Below the pieces are notes generated by a model. The model was given only the letters and a program-made list of their open reading frames with translations, ran no database searches and was not told the DNA's origin. This document shows, piece after piece, positions 12,321 through 22,077 of a stretch of 64,000 nt of DNA. Position 1 is the first letter of the stretch. Each line of letters starts with the position of its first letter. Position numbers and translations under genes: made by a program. Origin of the DNA: an uncultured delta proteobacterium (lineage in GTDB: Bacteria > Desulfobacterota > Binatia > Binatales > Binataceae); contig CAWFIF010000001.1 of assembly GCA_963815835.1 (NCBI GenBank), forward strand, positions 772,807 through 836,806, given 5' to 3'.

Positions 12321-13527
12321 TCAATCCAAGCTCAGAACAAGGATCGTTGACGAGGCACTTTCATTGGCGGCGAGCATCGCGCGCAACTCGAGCGATTTCG
12401 CGCCTTGCTGGCGCGCTATTTTCGATCGCGCGCTCAAGAGACCGAAATCGTTTCCGGCATCATCCAGCTTGATTGCGAGATCGTTTTGAACCCGCAGAAT
12501 AGACGCGACTTGCCGCCACCGGCTCACCAACCGTTGCGACGATCTGTCTATGGCCGGACTTTGCAAGCTCCAGCGCGCCACGCATCGCGTCATCTCCGCG
12601 TCACGGGCCGACGAACCCGGTGAGGCTGCGACGGGCCGCGAACTGGAGCCTGGTCGCAGTGGGCTGAGTCCCCTGACTTCGTAAGCGTTTACGGGTTCGC
12701 TGACACCTTTCACCTTGGTCGGACCCAGCGGCTTGAGTTGAAAATATCCCGCCACGAATTTGCGCGTCTGCTCACTGATCGCGATCGAGCCGGTCGGCGC
12801 GAACGCCTGCATCCGCGCCGCCAGCCCGGTCGAATGACCAACCGGCGCGTATCCTGCCTGATCCGCGCCGGTGGCTATCGAACGCACCACCACCTCGTCC
12901 GTGTTGACGCCGACTCGGGCCTCGATGGGGGGAGGTTGCCCGCTTCGCGAGTCTTAAATGCATAGCGACGCATCTCTTCCTGCATCCGGAGAGCAGCATA
13001 GAGCGCGTTTGCGGATGGTCTTCATGGGCGATCGGCGCCCCAAACAGCGCGAAGATACCGTCACCGGTTAACTGGGCAGGGTAACCGCCATAACGCTGGA
13101 TCGCGTCGATCATGATCTTCAATGCAGGATCGACAATCGTGCGTGCCTCTTCGGGGTCCTTGATGTCGGCGAACAGCGCGGTGACCGTCTTGCGCTCGCC
13201 CTCGGGCGCCGCCGAGTCGTCAAATTCCGTCAGTGTGAGCTATGTTCGGGATGGCTCCGGTTGGGCGATCGCGAGACCGAGCGCAGCAGTTCATTGCCTA
13301 CAGAACTTGAATCCCGGCGGGTTCTGGAAGTGGCATTTCGGACAGATCAGTGCGAGCCGCCGGGTGCACTGACCGCAGAATTTCATTCCATCAGGATTGT
13401 CCGACCCGCATTTCGAGCAGCGCATTTTCCAGCCCCCCGGGTGCCGCAGGTCGCCTTTTCGACGAGGTTGCAGTCTTCTCAAGACGTGCCAATGTTGCCG
13501 ATCCCTTTTCCCGATAGAAATTAGCAC
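12321..13527 (-). pseudogene. adenylate/guanylate cyclase with N-terminal double zinc ribbon; frameshifted and 3'-truncated
   Basis: N-terminal CxxC zinc ribbons (MRCSKCGSDNPDGMKFCGQCTRRLALICPKCHFQNPPGFKFCRQ). Class III cyclase motifs lie in different frames (IQRYGGYPAQLTGDGIFALFGAPIAHEDHPQ; ALRMQEEMRRYA; VGHSTGLAARMQAFAPTGSIAISEQT..VKGVSEPVNAYEV). The gene runs into the IS3 element. Confidence 0.7.
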
Positions 13528-13912
13528 GAGTCACCGACCGCGTGTCTCGTTACGAGCCACGGCCCTTCGCCGCGCACCCGTTAGAGTCATCGCATTCCCG
13601 ATTGCAGCGCCACCCTCGTCAACTGCTACCGTGCGCCCGTCCACAGCGTGGTGCTCAGCGAGCCTGCGGCGATGGCCTTGCCTCACCGAGCCCTGTTTCA
13701 TTCGGCTAGCGTTGGTTCTTTCCGCGACAACAATGCTAGTTTTCAAATGTTCTCCGAAGAACATAATGTTCAATTTTCAAACTTGTCGTATAATTGCGTT
13801 GACCCAAGCAGCGGAACCGCCGAGACTACGGGTAGAATCGAATCCGGCCTGACGGAGGCCCTTGTGCTCGCCTTTTGGCTTTTCGGTTTGTCATTGGTAG
13901 TGGAGGTCTGAA

Positions 13913-14299
13913 ATGAAGATATTTCTCTTTACTATCCTGCTCGCGGCGCTGACCGCTAGCCTCGCCAGGGCCCAGTGCACGGGGTATTCAGCATGCGCTC
14001 ACAACAACAGTAAGGCGTGTGTTGACGCTCGCAACGCCTTCGCGAGACATCACAACGGGCTATATCCTGAACAGTGGTGTAACGAATGGTATCAAGGGCA
14101 GCAAGGACGCTGGAACCAGCGCGGTAATCACTGGCAATGGGAAGGCGCGGAAGGTGATCAGTGGTTTCAGGGACGGCGGGGACACTGGTTCAAGGAACGT
14201 GACGCCTGGCAATTCCGCGGCGATAAAGGCGATGAGTATCGGAACGGGCATAATGGCTGGCAATGGAGTGACGCCCGATCAAAGCACCATCGTGAGTGA
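13913..14299 (+). CDS. small secreted Trp/Gln/Gly-rich repeat protein
   Basis: 128 aa with signal peptide (MKIFLFTILLAALTASLARA). Mature part has degenerate W-x-W/F repeats (NHWQWEG, DQWFQG, GHWFKE, DAWQFRG, NGWQWSD). The AT-rich upstream region has lower GC than its surroundings. Confidence 0.5.
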   Translation: MKIFLFTILLAALTASLARAQCTGYSACAHNNSKACVDARNAFARHHNGLYPEQWCNEWYQGQQGRWNQRGNHWQWEGAEGDQWFQGRRGHWFKERDAWQFRGDKGDEYRNGHNGWQWSDARSKHHRE

Positions 14300-15365
14300 C
14301 GTCTGGTCCCGCTCAGTGTGACGTTTTCGAACGTCACCGTAACGGTGCTCACTAACACGCCTCCCAGGCAAATCTGCGATCTAGCGAGCAACTCACCCGC
14401 CCACCCTCTGATGGTTTCGCTTTTAACGTTAACGCGGGTCTAATCGCCAGTGAGCGGTCAGAAATGCGGACTACTTCGCAATGATCGCCGCCCTCGGAAA
14501 AAGGCGTAGTTGACTATTTAGTTCAAACCTCAGTCCGCCACGCGTCCCCGGAGCTGTTTGCTCGCGAGGCTCGCACCCTCAGCCATCGCCACCGTTATTG
14601 AGAATCCCGGCCTTCCCATAGGCAAACTCCCTGATCTCGTCGGGCTTGCAAATGTCTTGAGCCTGGATCGAAGTGGGCGAGTCACGAGGCCTCGGGAATT
14701 CCGCGCGACAAATAACCCGGCTGGCAGCTGAAAATTGTCGCCAATCAATTGCCGGACGCTCGCCGACGGGCGCCGCTTCCGCATCTTTGTGCGTGGTCAA
14801 CGACTTCAGCCGCGAGTGTCTTTACACAGAAGGATTATCGGGCAATGACCGATATCCTCGCTCCGGCTATAGCTAAAAGCCCCTATCGATCACGCCGTTT
14901 ATATGCTCAGGCGAGCTGGCCCGACATAGCCCGCAAAAATAAATGCCTTGTCAGGTCTGGTCTGCCCATAGCCAGTTTCATTTAGTCCAACCTGTAAGAT
15001 CACGAACCACCTCTTTGAGCGGAGGTGTTCTGGTAATCCAGAAATAAGCCGTCGAATCTGGATACAGGGTGCATCATCGCCGTGAGACAGATGTTCATCT
15101 TCCGATAAGTAGTGCTTCTTGTGCATTGCCGCTGCTCACGACGCGAACCCTCTTCGATTGCGCAATGGCACGACCGCCTCGGGTCAGTAATCGTTCAGAA
15201 AAAGTTGCATGAGCCTCTTGATCGCGGGTGGGGAGTCGCCTCCCCCAAAGAGTCTGCGCACTTTGAAGGTTCTCCGGGTCCAGTTCGCACTGACAGATAC
15301 AGTTCATCAGGGTTCAGTCGTCGTCGCTGAACAGGCTGGCCGAGTTTGTTCTCCACGTCCTCTCC

Positions 15366-15794
15366 CTAGTCGGACGACATGTCCTCTATGATGTGCATGT
15401 CGGGCTTCCGAGGACCCACATTCTCGCCTCGACTCAACAGTTCCACCCGAAGTCTGAGTGCATTTTCAGCGTCCTCTCGATGCGACGCGAATACGGACGT
15501 CTCCGCTGTGCGCACGATCCTGCCGTTCACGAACTCGACGAAAGGGCGCTCGACGTACGCAAATGCGGGATCATTTGTTTGCCACCTTCCAACGAGCGCA
15601 ACCTCCGGTCCCAACGGGAAGGTCAAGATCGTTCCGCGACCCGCTAGACCGTTTGCGAGCGGAAGCGGCGCGGATGCGTCTTGCCAGAACACTGGGTTGT
15701 CGCTCGTGACAAAGTGCATCCCGATCGGAGCGATCGCGTACCGCCATTTCATGCGGAACAGCAGCGGCGCAAACCCCTGCGCGATCTTGAGCAT
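15366..15794 (-). pseudogene. DUF4238-family protein, C-terminal portion only (N-terminus lost at IS5 insertion)
   Basis: 142 aa containing the DUF4238-like HFVTSDNPV motif. Family members are about twice this length. The ORF start sits 7 bp from the IS5-type inverted repeat. Confidence 0.45.
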
Positions 15795-15801
15795 GAACTC
15801 C

Positions 15802-16669
15802 CTAGGGAAGCTCTGGACAGGTTGATCGATTCAGGTACAAAGGAGTCAGTGGATCGGCGGATGTGGAGGTGTGGAGGTGGGAAATCAGCGGACGTTCGCA
15901 TCGGTGGCGTGGAATGCGAAGGGCAAGGTTACCCGGCGCGAGCGGTTCCTGGCCGAGATGGATGCGGTGATTCCGTGGCCGCGGCTGGTCAGGCTGATCG
16001 AACCGCACTACCCCAAAGCCGGACAAGGTCGCCAGCCGCTGGGGCTGGAGAAGATGCTGCGGATTTACTTTCTGCAGCAGTGGTTCAATCTGTCGGACCC
16101 GCAGGCCGAAGATGCGATCTACGACAGCGAGTCGATGCGCCGCTTTGCACGAGTCGAGCTGGGCGAGGAGACGGCCAGCTGCCCGATCTGCTGCATGGGC
16201 AGGAGCGCGAGCTGTTCGGCGATCAAGCGTACTGGAAGGAAGACGATCGAAGGTTTCTCGAGGCCTGGGGGTGCGCTACCGGATCAACCGGCGTCCTACC
16301 GCGCAGCGGCCGTTGAGCGAGCGCTGGCCGATGATCAACCGGGCGCGCTCGCGGACGCGGGCGCGCGGCGAACCGCCTTTCGCGTGGTCAAGCAACTGTG
16401 GGGTTTCGCCAAAGTGAGATACCGCGGTCTGGCCAAGAACCTGGCGCGAGCGCAGACCATGTTTGCCCTGGCTAATCTCTACCAGCTCCGCCGTGAGCTG
16501 CTCCCAGCAGGGGCGAGGTGCGTGTTGTGACCCCGATCGAGAGAACCGCAAATGGCTGCGACCACTTGCGAGGAACCAACAACCCGTCGCGCAGTTGCCT
16601 TTTCGCCGGATCCTAGTCACTTCCATATCAAACAGTCGTTGCAAAACGACCTGTGCAGAGCTTCCCTAG
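15802..16669 (+). mobile_element. IS5-family element, internally deleted derivative with CTAG target-site duplication
   Basis: 16-bp terminal IRs GGAAGCTCTGGACAGG (15806-15821) and its near-perfect inverted complement (16650-16665, one mismatch), each flanked by CTAG. Internal transposase fragments in several frames (MLRIYFLQQWFNLSDPQAEDAIYDSESMRRFA; LFGDQAYWKE; FRVVKQLWGFAKVRYRGLAKNLARAQTMFALANLYQLRR). Only about 0.86 kb where full-length IS5-family elements are about 1.2 kb. Confidence 0.8.
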
Positions 16670-17017
16670 GTGAACGGAATAAGAGGGATCGGAAATCTCG
16701 GGAAATTTCGATAACCCGATGAGTGCGTCGTTGCGGACCGCGGTCGGAAAAGCATTTGCGAGTTCGCTGTTGCTGTGAATCATCGTGACCAAGCCTATCG
16801 AACCTGATTTTATGGCGCTCGATCCTCCGCCGAATCTCGGCGTCGCGAAATTGAGGAGCCTAGCCTAAACCGCCTTCAGTTTCGGTCGCCACCTTTCTTT
16901 CGAAAATACCCCTTGATAGCTTCATTGGTAACGTTCAGGAAGCCTCGATTTCACGTGTGAGAGCCGAACGGGGCGGGAAGCGCTTCCGAGGCGGAGCGGC
17001 GTCGAGGAAAAGTCAAA

Positions 17018-17617
17018 ATGTCTCCAAAACAAATAGCCAAAGCGCTGGCGGCATTCGGCGTCATCGCCTTGGCCGCACTGGTGGGCGTGACCTACTACGT
17101 CGTCCACAATCGTGCGACTGCGCCGTTGATAACGGCGGTCGCCGGCTTGATTCCCGGGTCGCTCCTGCATGCCCACAACTTCCATTGGACGCAGATAAAG
17201 GACGGCGAGCAGCAGTGGGTGCTCACCGCACGCGATGCCAACTACTCGAACGACAAGACCTGGCTGCTCGACGACCCGGTTGTCACGCTCGTCTCGAAAG
17301 ATGGAAAGCCGGTCACCGTGAAGGCGCCCAAGGCCGTGCTCGACTTCGACGGCAACAAGGTCAAGCGCGCCAGGCTGAGTGGCGGAACACGCATCCGCTA
17401 CGGCGACTTCGTGCTTACCACCGATGTGGCTACCTTCCTCCCCGACGCTGACCAGGTCGACGCTCCAGGGTTCGTCACGATTGAGGGCGAGGGGATCAAG
17501 GTCACCGGGATCGGCTTGACCGGTCATACCAAAACCCGCCAGTTCGAGCTGCTCAAGCAAGTCAGCACCGACATCGCGCCGAAGCACAGCGGCCGTCCGG
17601 CTCCGAAGCAAGGCTGA
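17018..17617 (+). CDS. lptC: LPS export protein LptC
   Basis: 199 aa with N-terminal TM anchor then OstA-like beta-jellyroll. Lies directly upstream of lptA in the conserved rpoN locus. Confidence 0.7.
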   Translation: MSPKQIAKALAAFGVIALAALVGVTYYVVHNRATAPLITAVAGLIPGSLLHAHNFHWTQIKDGEQQWVLTARDANYSNDKTWLLDDPVVTLVSKDGKPVTVKAPKAVLDFDGNKVKRARLSGGTRIRYGDFVLTTDVATFLPDADQVDAPGFVTIEGEGIKVTGIGLTGHTKTRQFELLKQVSTDIAPKHSGRPAPKQG

Positions 17618-17629
17618 ACCAAGGCTGGA

Positions 17630-18547
17630 TTGATGACCGGGTCCGCCCAGAAAATTTCACCCCTTGCCGCCGCAATCGTGCTAGGTTTCGGAATCCTGAT
17701 TGCACCGCATCTGAATTTGGCATTCGCGCAGAACGAGCCCGAGCCAGAGACAACGCCCATCGAGGAACCGAACGCCGAGCCTACCGACTGGACACCAGTG
17801 ACCGCGGGCGAAGCTGACCGAGGTGGGCCAGCGGCGAGCCAGGAAGCGGCGACCTCACCTGCGAGCGAGCACATGCCAGCCGAGTCGCCGACGCCTCTGA
17901 CCGCAGCGGAAGGACCCTCCCCTGCGGCGACGCCGGTCAGCGGGGAGCGCGCGCCGGGGAACTCGAACGTTGGATCGAGAAGAACCACCGAATCGATGTC
18001 TCCGTCGTCGATATCAAACCCCTCGACCAACGCGCCATCTTCGCAGGCTCCCACATCTCAGAATGCAGGCAAGGCCCCGGCGGCGGTACCCTCGAACTCG
18101 CCCTTCGTGGGGATGAACTTCGGCAATCAGAAAGGACCGACCAACATCAAATCGGACACCGGCACCCTCGATTATCAAAATAAGGCGGTTCTGTTCGCGG
18201 GGCACGTGCATGCGGTGCAGGCCGACGGCGACCTGACCAGCGATACTCTCAAGGTCCAATACGGCCAGACTTTCAACGATATCAAGATGATGTATGCCGA
18301 TGGCAATGTGAGAATGAGTCAGGGGACGCGCTGGATAACCAGCGATCACGCGGTGCTCGACCAGACCAAACATCTCCTTACGTTTCGTGGCAACCCGGTG
18401 GCTCACGATGGGCAGGACCAGATCACCGGTTCGACGATTACCGTCAACCTGGTAACCAACAAAAGCACGGTCGAAAATCCGCGGGTGGTGATCTTCCCTC
18501 GAGAGTCCAAAAAACCTGATAATGTAGACTCGCCAGATAGCCCGTGA
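17630..18547 (+). CDS. lptA: LPS transport periplasmic protein LptA (OstA-like) with long low-complexity N-terminal linker
   Basis: Signal peptide, Pro/Ser/Ala-rich linker, then OstA-like repeats (SDTGTLDYQNKAVLFAGHVHAVQADGDLTSDTL.., ITSDHAVLDQTKHLLTFRGNPV). Confidence 0.75.
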   Translation: MMTGSAQKISPLAAAIVLGFGILIAPHLNLAFAQNEPEPETTPIEEPNAEPTDWTPVTAGEADRGGPAASQEAATSPASEHMPAESPTPLTAAEGPSPAATPVSGERAPGNSNVGSRRTTESMSPSSISNPSTNAPSSQAPTSQNAGKAPAAVPSNSPFVGMNFGNQKGPTNIKSDTGTLDYQNKAVLFAGHVHAVQADGDLTSDTLKVQYGQTFNDIKMMYADGNVRMSQGTRWITSDHAVLDQTKHLLTFRGNPVAHDGQDQITGSTITVNLVTNKSTVENPRVVIFPRESKKPDNVDSPDSP

Positions 18548-18560
18548 GTTAGTTGGACGG

Positions 18561-20129
18561 ATGGCCCTTGAAGTAAAGCTCGGACAAGATTTACGCCTGC
18601 GTCAGCAGCTGGTGATGACCCCCCAGCTTCAGCAGGCGATAAAGATCCTGCAATTGTCGCTTCCTGAACTGGAGGCGGTGGTCCAATCGGAACTCGAATC
18701 TAACCCGGTCCTTGAACCCCTCGATTCGAGCCCGGCCGAAAATGCGCCGGAAAATAGCAGCAATTCCGACGAAGAGTTCACTCCTCCCGCGGATGGGGAA
18801 CTCTCCGAAGAGCGCGAGGCAGCGCCGGCCTCGGCCGATGAACCTCCCAACGAATGGGACGCACCTCCCGGTTCCGAAGAGATCCCAGTCGCCCCCAGCG
18901 AGGCTCGCGATGCGGCGGTCGAAATGGAGCAGTTTGACCGCATCGATAAGCTCGACTGGCGCGAGTACATGGAGAATTACTCCAACAACTGGCAGGAGGC
19001 CGAACCCGCCGACCCTGACGACGAGCGCCGCCAGACCGTCGAGAACACGCTGACCCGCAAGACTTCGCTCGAAGACCATCTGATGTGGCAGCTTCGGCTT
19101 TCGAGCCTGAGCGAGGGCGACCAGCGTATCGGCGCGACTATCATTTACAACCTCAATGATGACGGCTACCTCGAAACCCCCCTCGCCGAACTGGCGACGC
19201 AACTCGAGGTCCCCGAGGCCGAGGTCGAGCGCGTGCTCAAGCGCGTGCAGCAGTTCGATCCGCCGGGCGCGGTCGCGCGCGACCTTCGCGAATGCCTCCT
19301 TCTCCAACTCAAGAACCTCGGTATGGAGGAATCGCTCGCCGCGCGAGTAGTGAGCAATCACCTCGACCTGCTCGAGAAGCATCGCTACAACGAAATCGCC
19401 AAACTGCTCGGCGTCAGCGTCGAGGCTGTCAATCAGGCGCAGAAGTTCATTTCGGTGCTGGAGCCGAAGCCGGGGCGCGACTATGGCGGCGAGGAGCCGA
19501 CCTACGTAATCCCCGATGTATTCATCGTTAAGATGGGCAACGATTATGTGGTTACATTGAATCAGAGCGCGGTGCCGCGCCTGCGGCTCGCGGGCTATTA
19601 CCAGCGCGTGATGAACGATGGCCAGACCGGCGCCGAGGCGAAAGAATATCTGCAGGAACGGCTTCGTTCCGCCAAGTGGCTGGTTAAGTCGATCTATCAG
19701 CGGCAGCAGACGATTTATAAGGTTGCCAACTCGATCATCAAATTCCAGCGCGCCTTTTTCGATCATGGAATCGGCAGCCTCAGGCCGCTGGTGCTGAAGG
19801 ATGTCGCGGAGGATATCGGGATGCATGAATCGACGATTAGCCGCGCCACCGCCAACAAGTACGCGCATACGCCACAAGGGATTTTCGAACTTAAGTTCTT
19901 TTTCACCTCTGGCGTCAAAGCCGGCAGCGGCGAGGATGTCAGCGCGGAAACCGTGAAGGAAAAAATCCGCGCGATGGTGACGGTCGAACAGGCCAACAAT
20001 CCTCTCTCGGATCAGGCTATCGCTGAGGTTTTGCGTCGCGACAATATCAATATCGCGCGCCGCACGGTGGCGAAGTATCGGCAAGCGCTGGGAATCCTGC
20101 CGTCGGCGAGCCGTAAACGGGTCGGTTAA
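18561..20129 (+). CDS. rpoN: RNA polymerase sigma-54 factor
   Basis: N-terminal activator-interacting region (LRLRQQLVMTPQLQQAIKILQLS), acidic linker, C-terminal HTH and RpoN box (ARRTVAKYRQALGI). Confidence 0.92.
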   Translation: MALEVKLGQDLRLRQQLVMTPQLQQAIKILQLSLPELEAVVQSELESNPVLEPLDSSPAENAPENSSNSDEEFTPPADGELSEEREAAPASADEPPNEWDAPPGSEEIPVAPSEARDAAVEMEQFDRIDKLDWREYMENYSNNWQEAEPADPDDERRQTVENTLTRKTSLEDHLMWQLRLSSLSEGDQRIGATIIYNLNDDGYLETPLAELATQLEVPEAEVERVLKRVQQFDPPGAVARDLRECLLLQLKNLGMEESLAARVVSNHLDLLEKHRYNEIAKLLGVSVEAVNQAQKFISVLEPKPGRDYGGEEPTYVIPDVFIVKMGNDYVVTLNQSAVPRLRLAGYYQRVMNDGQTGAEAKEYLQERLRSAKWLVKSIYQRQQTIYKVANSIIKFQRAFFDHGIGSLRPLVLKDVAEDIGMHESTISRATANKYAHTPQGIFELKFFFTSGVKAGSGEDVSAETVKEKIRAMVTVEQANNPLSDQAIAEVLRRDNINIARRTVAKYRQALGILPSASRKRVG

Positions 20130-20249
20130 GTTCCGATCCAAAGGTCCAGGCCAATCTGCATGAGTATGAAAAATGGCAAGGGCAAGAAGAACCGGGCTAT
20201 CGCGCGCAAGGCCAAACAGCAACAACGGCTTAAGGGTTCGGAGATCACA

Positions 20250-20582
20250 GTGAACGTAACCTTCCGTCATATGGAGCCGACCGATGCGCTCCGGCAGTAC
20301 GCGGAAAAAAAGTTCGCGCATCTGGGACGCATCCTGAAACGGCCCGGTGAGGCGCATTTGATTCTCGAGGTCAACAAGTATCGCCAATGCGGCGAGGTTA
20401 CTTTCAAATCGGGCCGGCTGGCGGCGACCGCGATCGAAGAGAACACCGACCTCTATGCGGTCATCGATTTGCTCACCGACAAGATCGGGCGCCAGCTGAA
20501 GAAGCATGTTGAAAAAGTGAATGGCAAGAAAATGCGCTCGCCTTCGACGCCGGAGGTGCTCGCCGCCGCGGAGGAGTCGTAG
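20250..20582 (+). CDS. hpf: ribosome hibernation promoting factor / sigma-54 modulation protein
   Basis: HPF/RaiA fold motifs (NVTFRHMEPTDALRQYAEKKF..LYAVIDLLTDKIGRQLKKH). GTG at 20250 is preceded by GGAG. The annotated ORF extends to an ATG at 20160, adding a Lys-rich 30-aa extension of uncertain reality. Confidence 0.75.
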   Translation: MNVTFRHMEPTDALRQYAEKKFAHLGRILKRPGEAHLILEVNKYRQCGEVTFKSGRLAATAIEENTDLYAVIDLLTDKIGRQLKKHVEKVNGKKMRSPSTPEVLAAAEES

Positions 20583-20704
20583 CAAAGCATTCGCGAGTGG
20601 GGGGTAATGCGCGCGGCGCAACACGCATTGCGCGTGGTGCAATGCGAAAGTTGACCTCCTCGCGGCGCTCCTACATAGATACATATGGGACCGGAACGGA
20701 CCTC

Positions 20705-21166
20705 ATGAAGATTACCGACTTCCTGACACCCGAGATGATCGAGCCGTCGCTCAAGGGGCAGAGCAAAGCTGAAGTTCTTGAAGAACTTGCAGGATGCCTC
20801 ACCAGGCAGCATCCGGAGATTCCATCGAATGAGATGCGCGCGGTGTTGGCCGAACGCGAGCGGCTGGGCTCGACGGCAATCGGCGACGGCATCGCGATCC
20901 CGCACGGCAAACTGCCCAAAGTCACGAAGATTCTCGGAACCTTCGGCCGTCACGTTCAGGGAGTCGATTTCGAATCGCTCGACGGCAACCCGACGCATCT
21001 GTTTTTCATGCTGGTCGCGCCGGAGGATTCCACCAGCCTCCATCTTAAGGCGCTCGCGCGCGTCTCGCGTTTGCTGCGCGACGGAAACTTCAGGGAGAAG
21101 CTTCTGAACGCGCCCGACGCGAACGAGCTCTTCCGGCTGATTCGCGAAGAGGACAGCAAGTTCTAG
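20705..21166 (+). CDS. ptsN: PTS IIA-like nitrogen regulatory protein (EIIA-Ntr)
   Basis: 153 aa with the EIIA-Ntr His region (GDGIAIPHGK) and conserved position after hpf. Confidence 0.8.
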   Translation: MKITDFLTPEMIEPSLKGQSKAEVLEELAGCLTRQHPEIPSNEMRAVLAERERLGSTAIGDGIAIPHGKLPKVTKILGTFGRHVQGVDFESLDGNPTHLFFMLVAPEDSTSLHLKALARVSRLLRDGNFREKLLNAPDANELFRLIREEDSKF

Positions 21167-21198
21167 TTCGCGCCGCATCGGCCTGCTAGACAGAAAGC

Positions 21199-22077
21199 GT
21201 GGCCGCGGATTCAACACAACCGCGTTTGATCATCGTCACCGGCGTGTCCGGCGCGGGGCACACCTCGGCGATGCGCGTGCTCGAGGATCTAGGCTTCTAT
21301 TGCGTCGATAATTTGCCCGTCGCGCTCGCGCCCACGGTGCTACGGCTCGCGCGCGAAAGCGGCAAGGACTTCCCTGGCGTTGCCCTAGGAATCGATTCGC
21401 GCCAGCGCGCCTTCTTCAGCCAGTGGCCCACGATATCCGCGGAACTCGAGCGCGAGGGGATGCATCCGGAGGTCTTGTTCCTCGACGCTTCGGAGGAAGT
21501 GCTTGCGCGCCGCTATTCCGAGACCCGCCGGCCGCATCCGCTCGGCTACACCGGCAAGGGAATCGCGGATTTGATTCGCGAGGATCGTCAGGCGCTCGCC
21601 GCCATGCGCGAGCTTGCCAGCCGTGTCATAGATACCTCGACCACCACCGTGCATGAGCTTCGCGAGCTTGTGACGGCCGCTGTGATGGCCTCGGCGACCG
21701 GCGATCGGATGGTAATCTCGATCGTGTCATTCGGTTACAAATACGGCGCGCCGGTCGGGCTCGACCTGGTGCTCGACGTGCGATTCATACCTAACCCATT
21801 TTTCATTCCCGAGTTGAAGATGCTCACCGGTCTCGATCAAGCGGTGCACGATTACGTCATGAGCAAGCCGGAGTCGAAGCAGTTCATCGACGAGGTTGGC
21901 AGGGTGCTCGATTTCCTGATCCCGCTGTATCAGCGCGAGGGAAAAAGCTACCTGACAATCGGGCTGGGATGCACCGGTGGACGGCATCGCTCGCCGGCGC
22001 TCGCGCGAGAGCTTCGCGATCGCCTCGCGCGCAGCGGATATGAGGTGCTGGTACGCGACCAGGACGTTGCCCGGTGA
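21199..22077 (+). CDS. rapZ: RNase adapter protein RapZ (YhbJ-like P-loop NTPase)
   Basis: Walker A GVSGAGHTSA and the C-terminal RapZ domain (GCTGGRHRSPA). Conserved position after ptsN. Confidence 0.85.
   Translation: MAADSTQPRLIIVTGVSGAGHTSAMRVLEDLGFYCVDNLPVALAPTVLRLARESGKDFPGVALGIDSRQRAFFSQWPTISAELEREGMHPEVLFLDASEEVLARRYSETRRPHPLGYTGKGIADLIREDRQALAAMRELASRVIDTSTTTVHELRELVTAAVMASATGDRMVISIVSFGYKYGAPVGLDLVLDVRFIPNPFFIPELKMLTGLDQAVHDYVMSKPESKQFIDEVGRVLDFLIPLYQREGKSYLTIGLGCTGGRHRSPALARELRDRLARSGYEVLVRDQDVAR

Noticed and set aside
16670-17017. Possible tRNA or ncRNA between the IS5 element and lptC
   Set aside because: No T-loop (GTTCGANTC-like) or acceptor-stem pairing could be found by eye.
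16922-17611. 229-aa minus-strand ORF
   Set aside because: It is antisense to the well-supported lptC gene.
18591-20684. 697-aa ORF on the minus strand
   Set aside because: It lies entirely antisense to rpoN and hpf. It has no domain signature and is Arg/Ala-rich, typical of spurious antisense ORFs in high-GC DNA.
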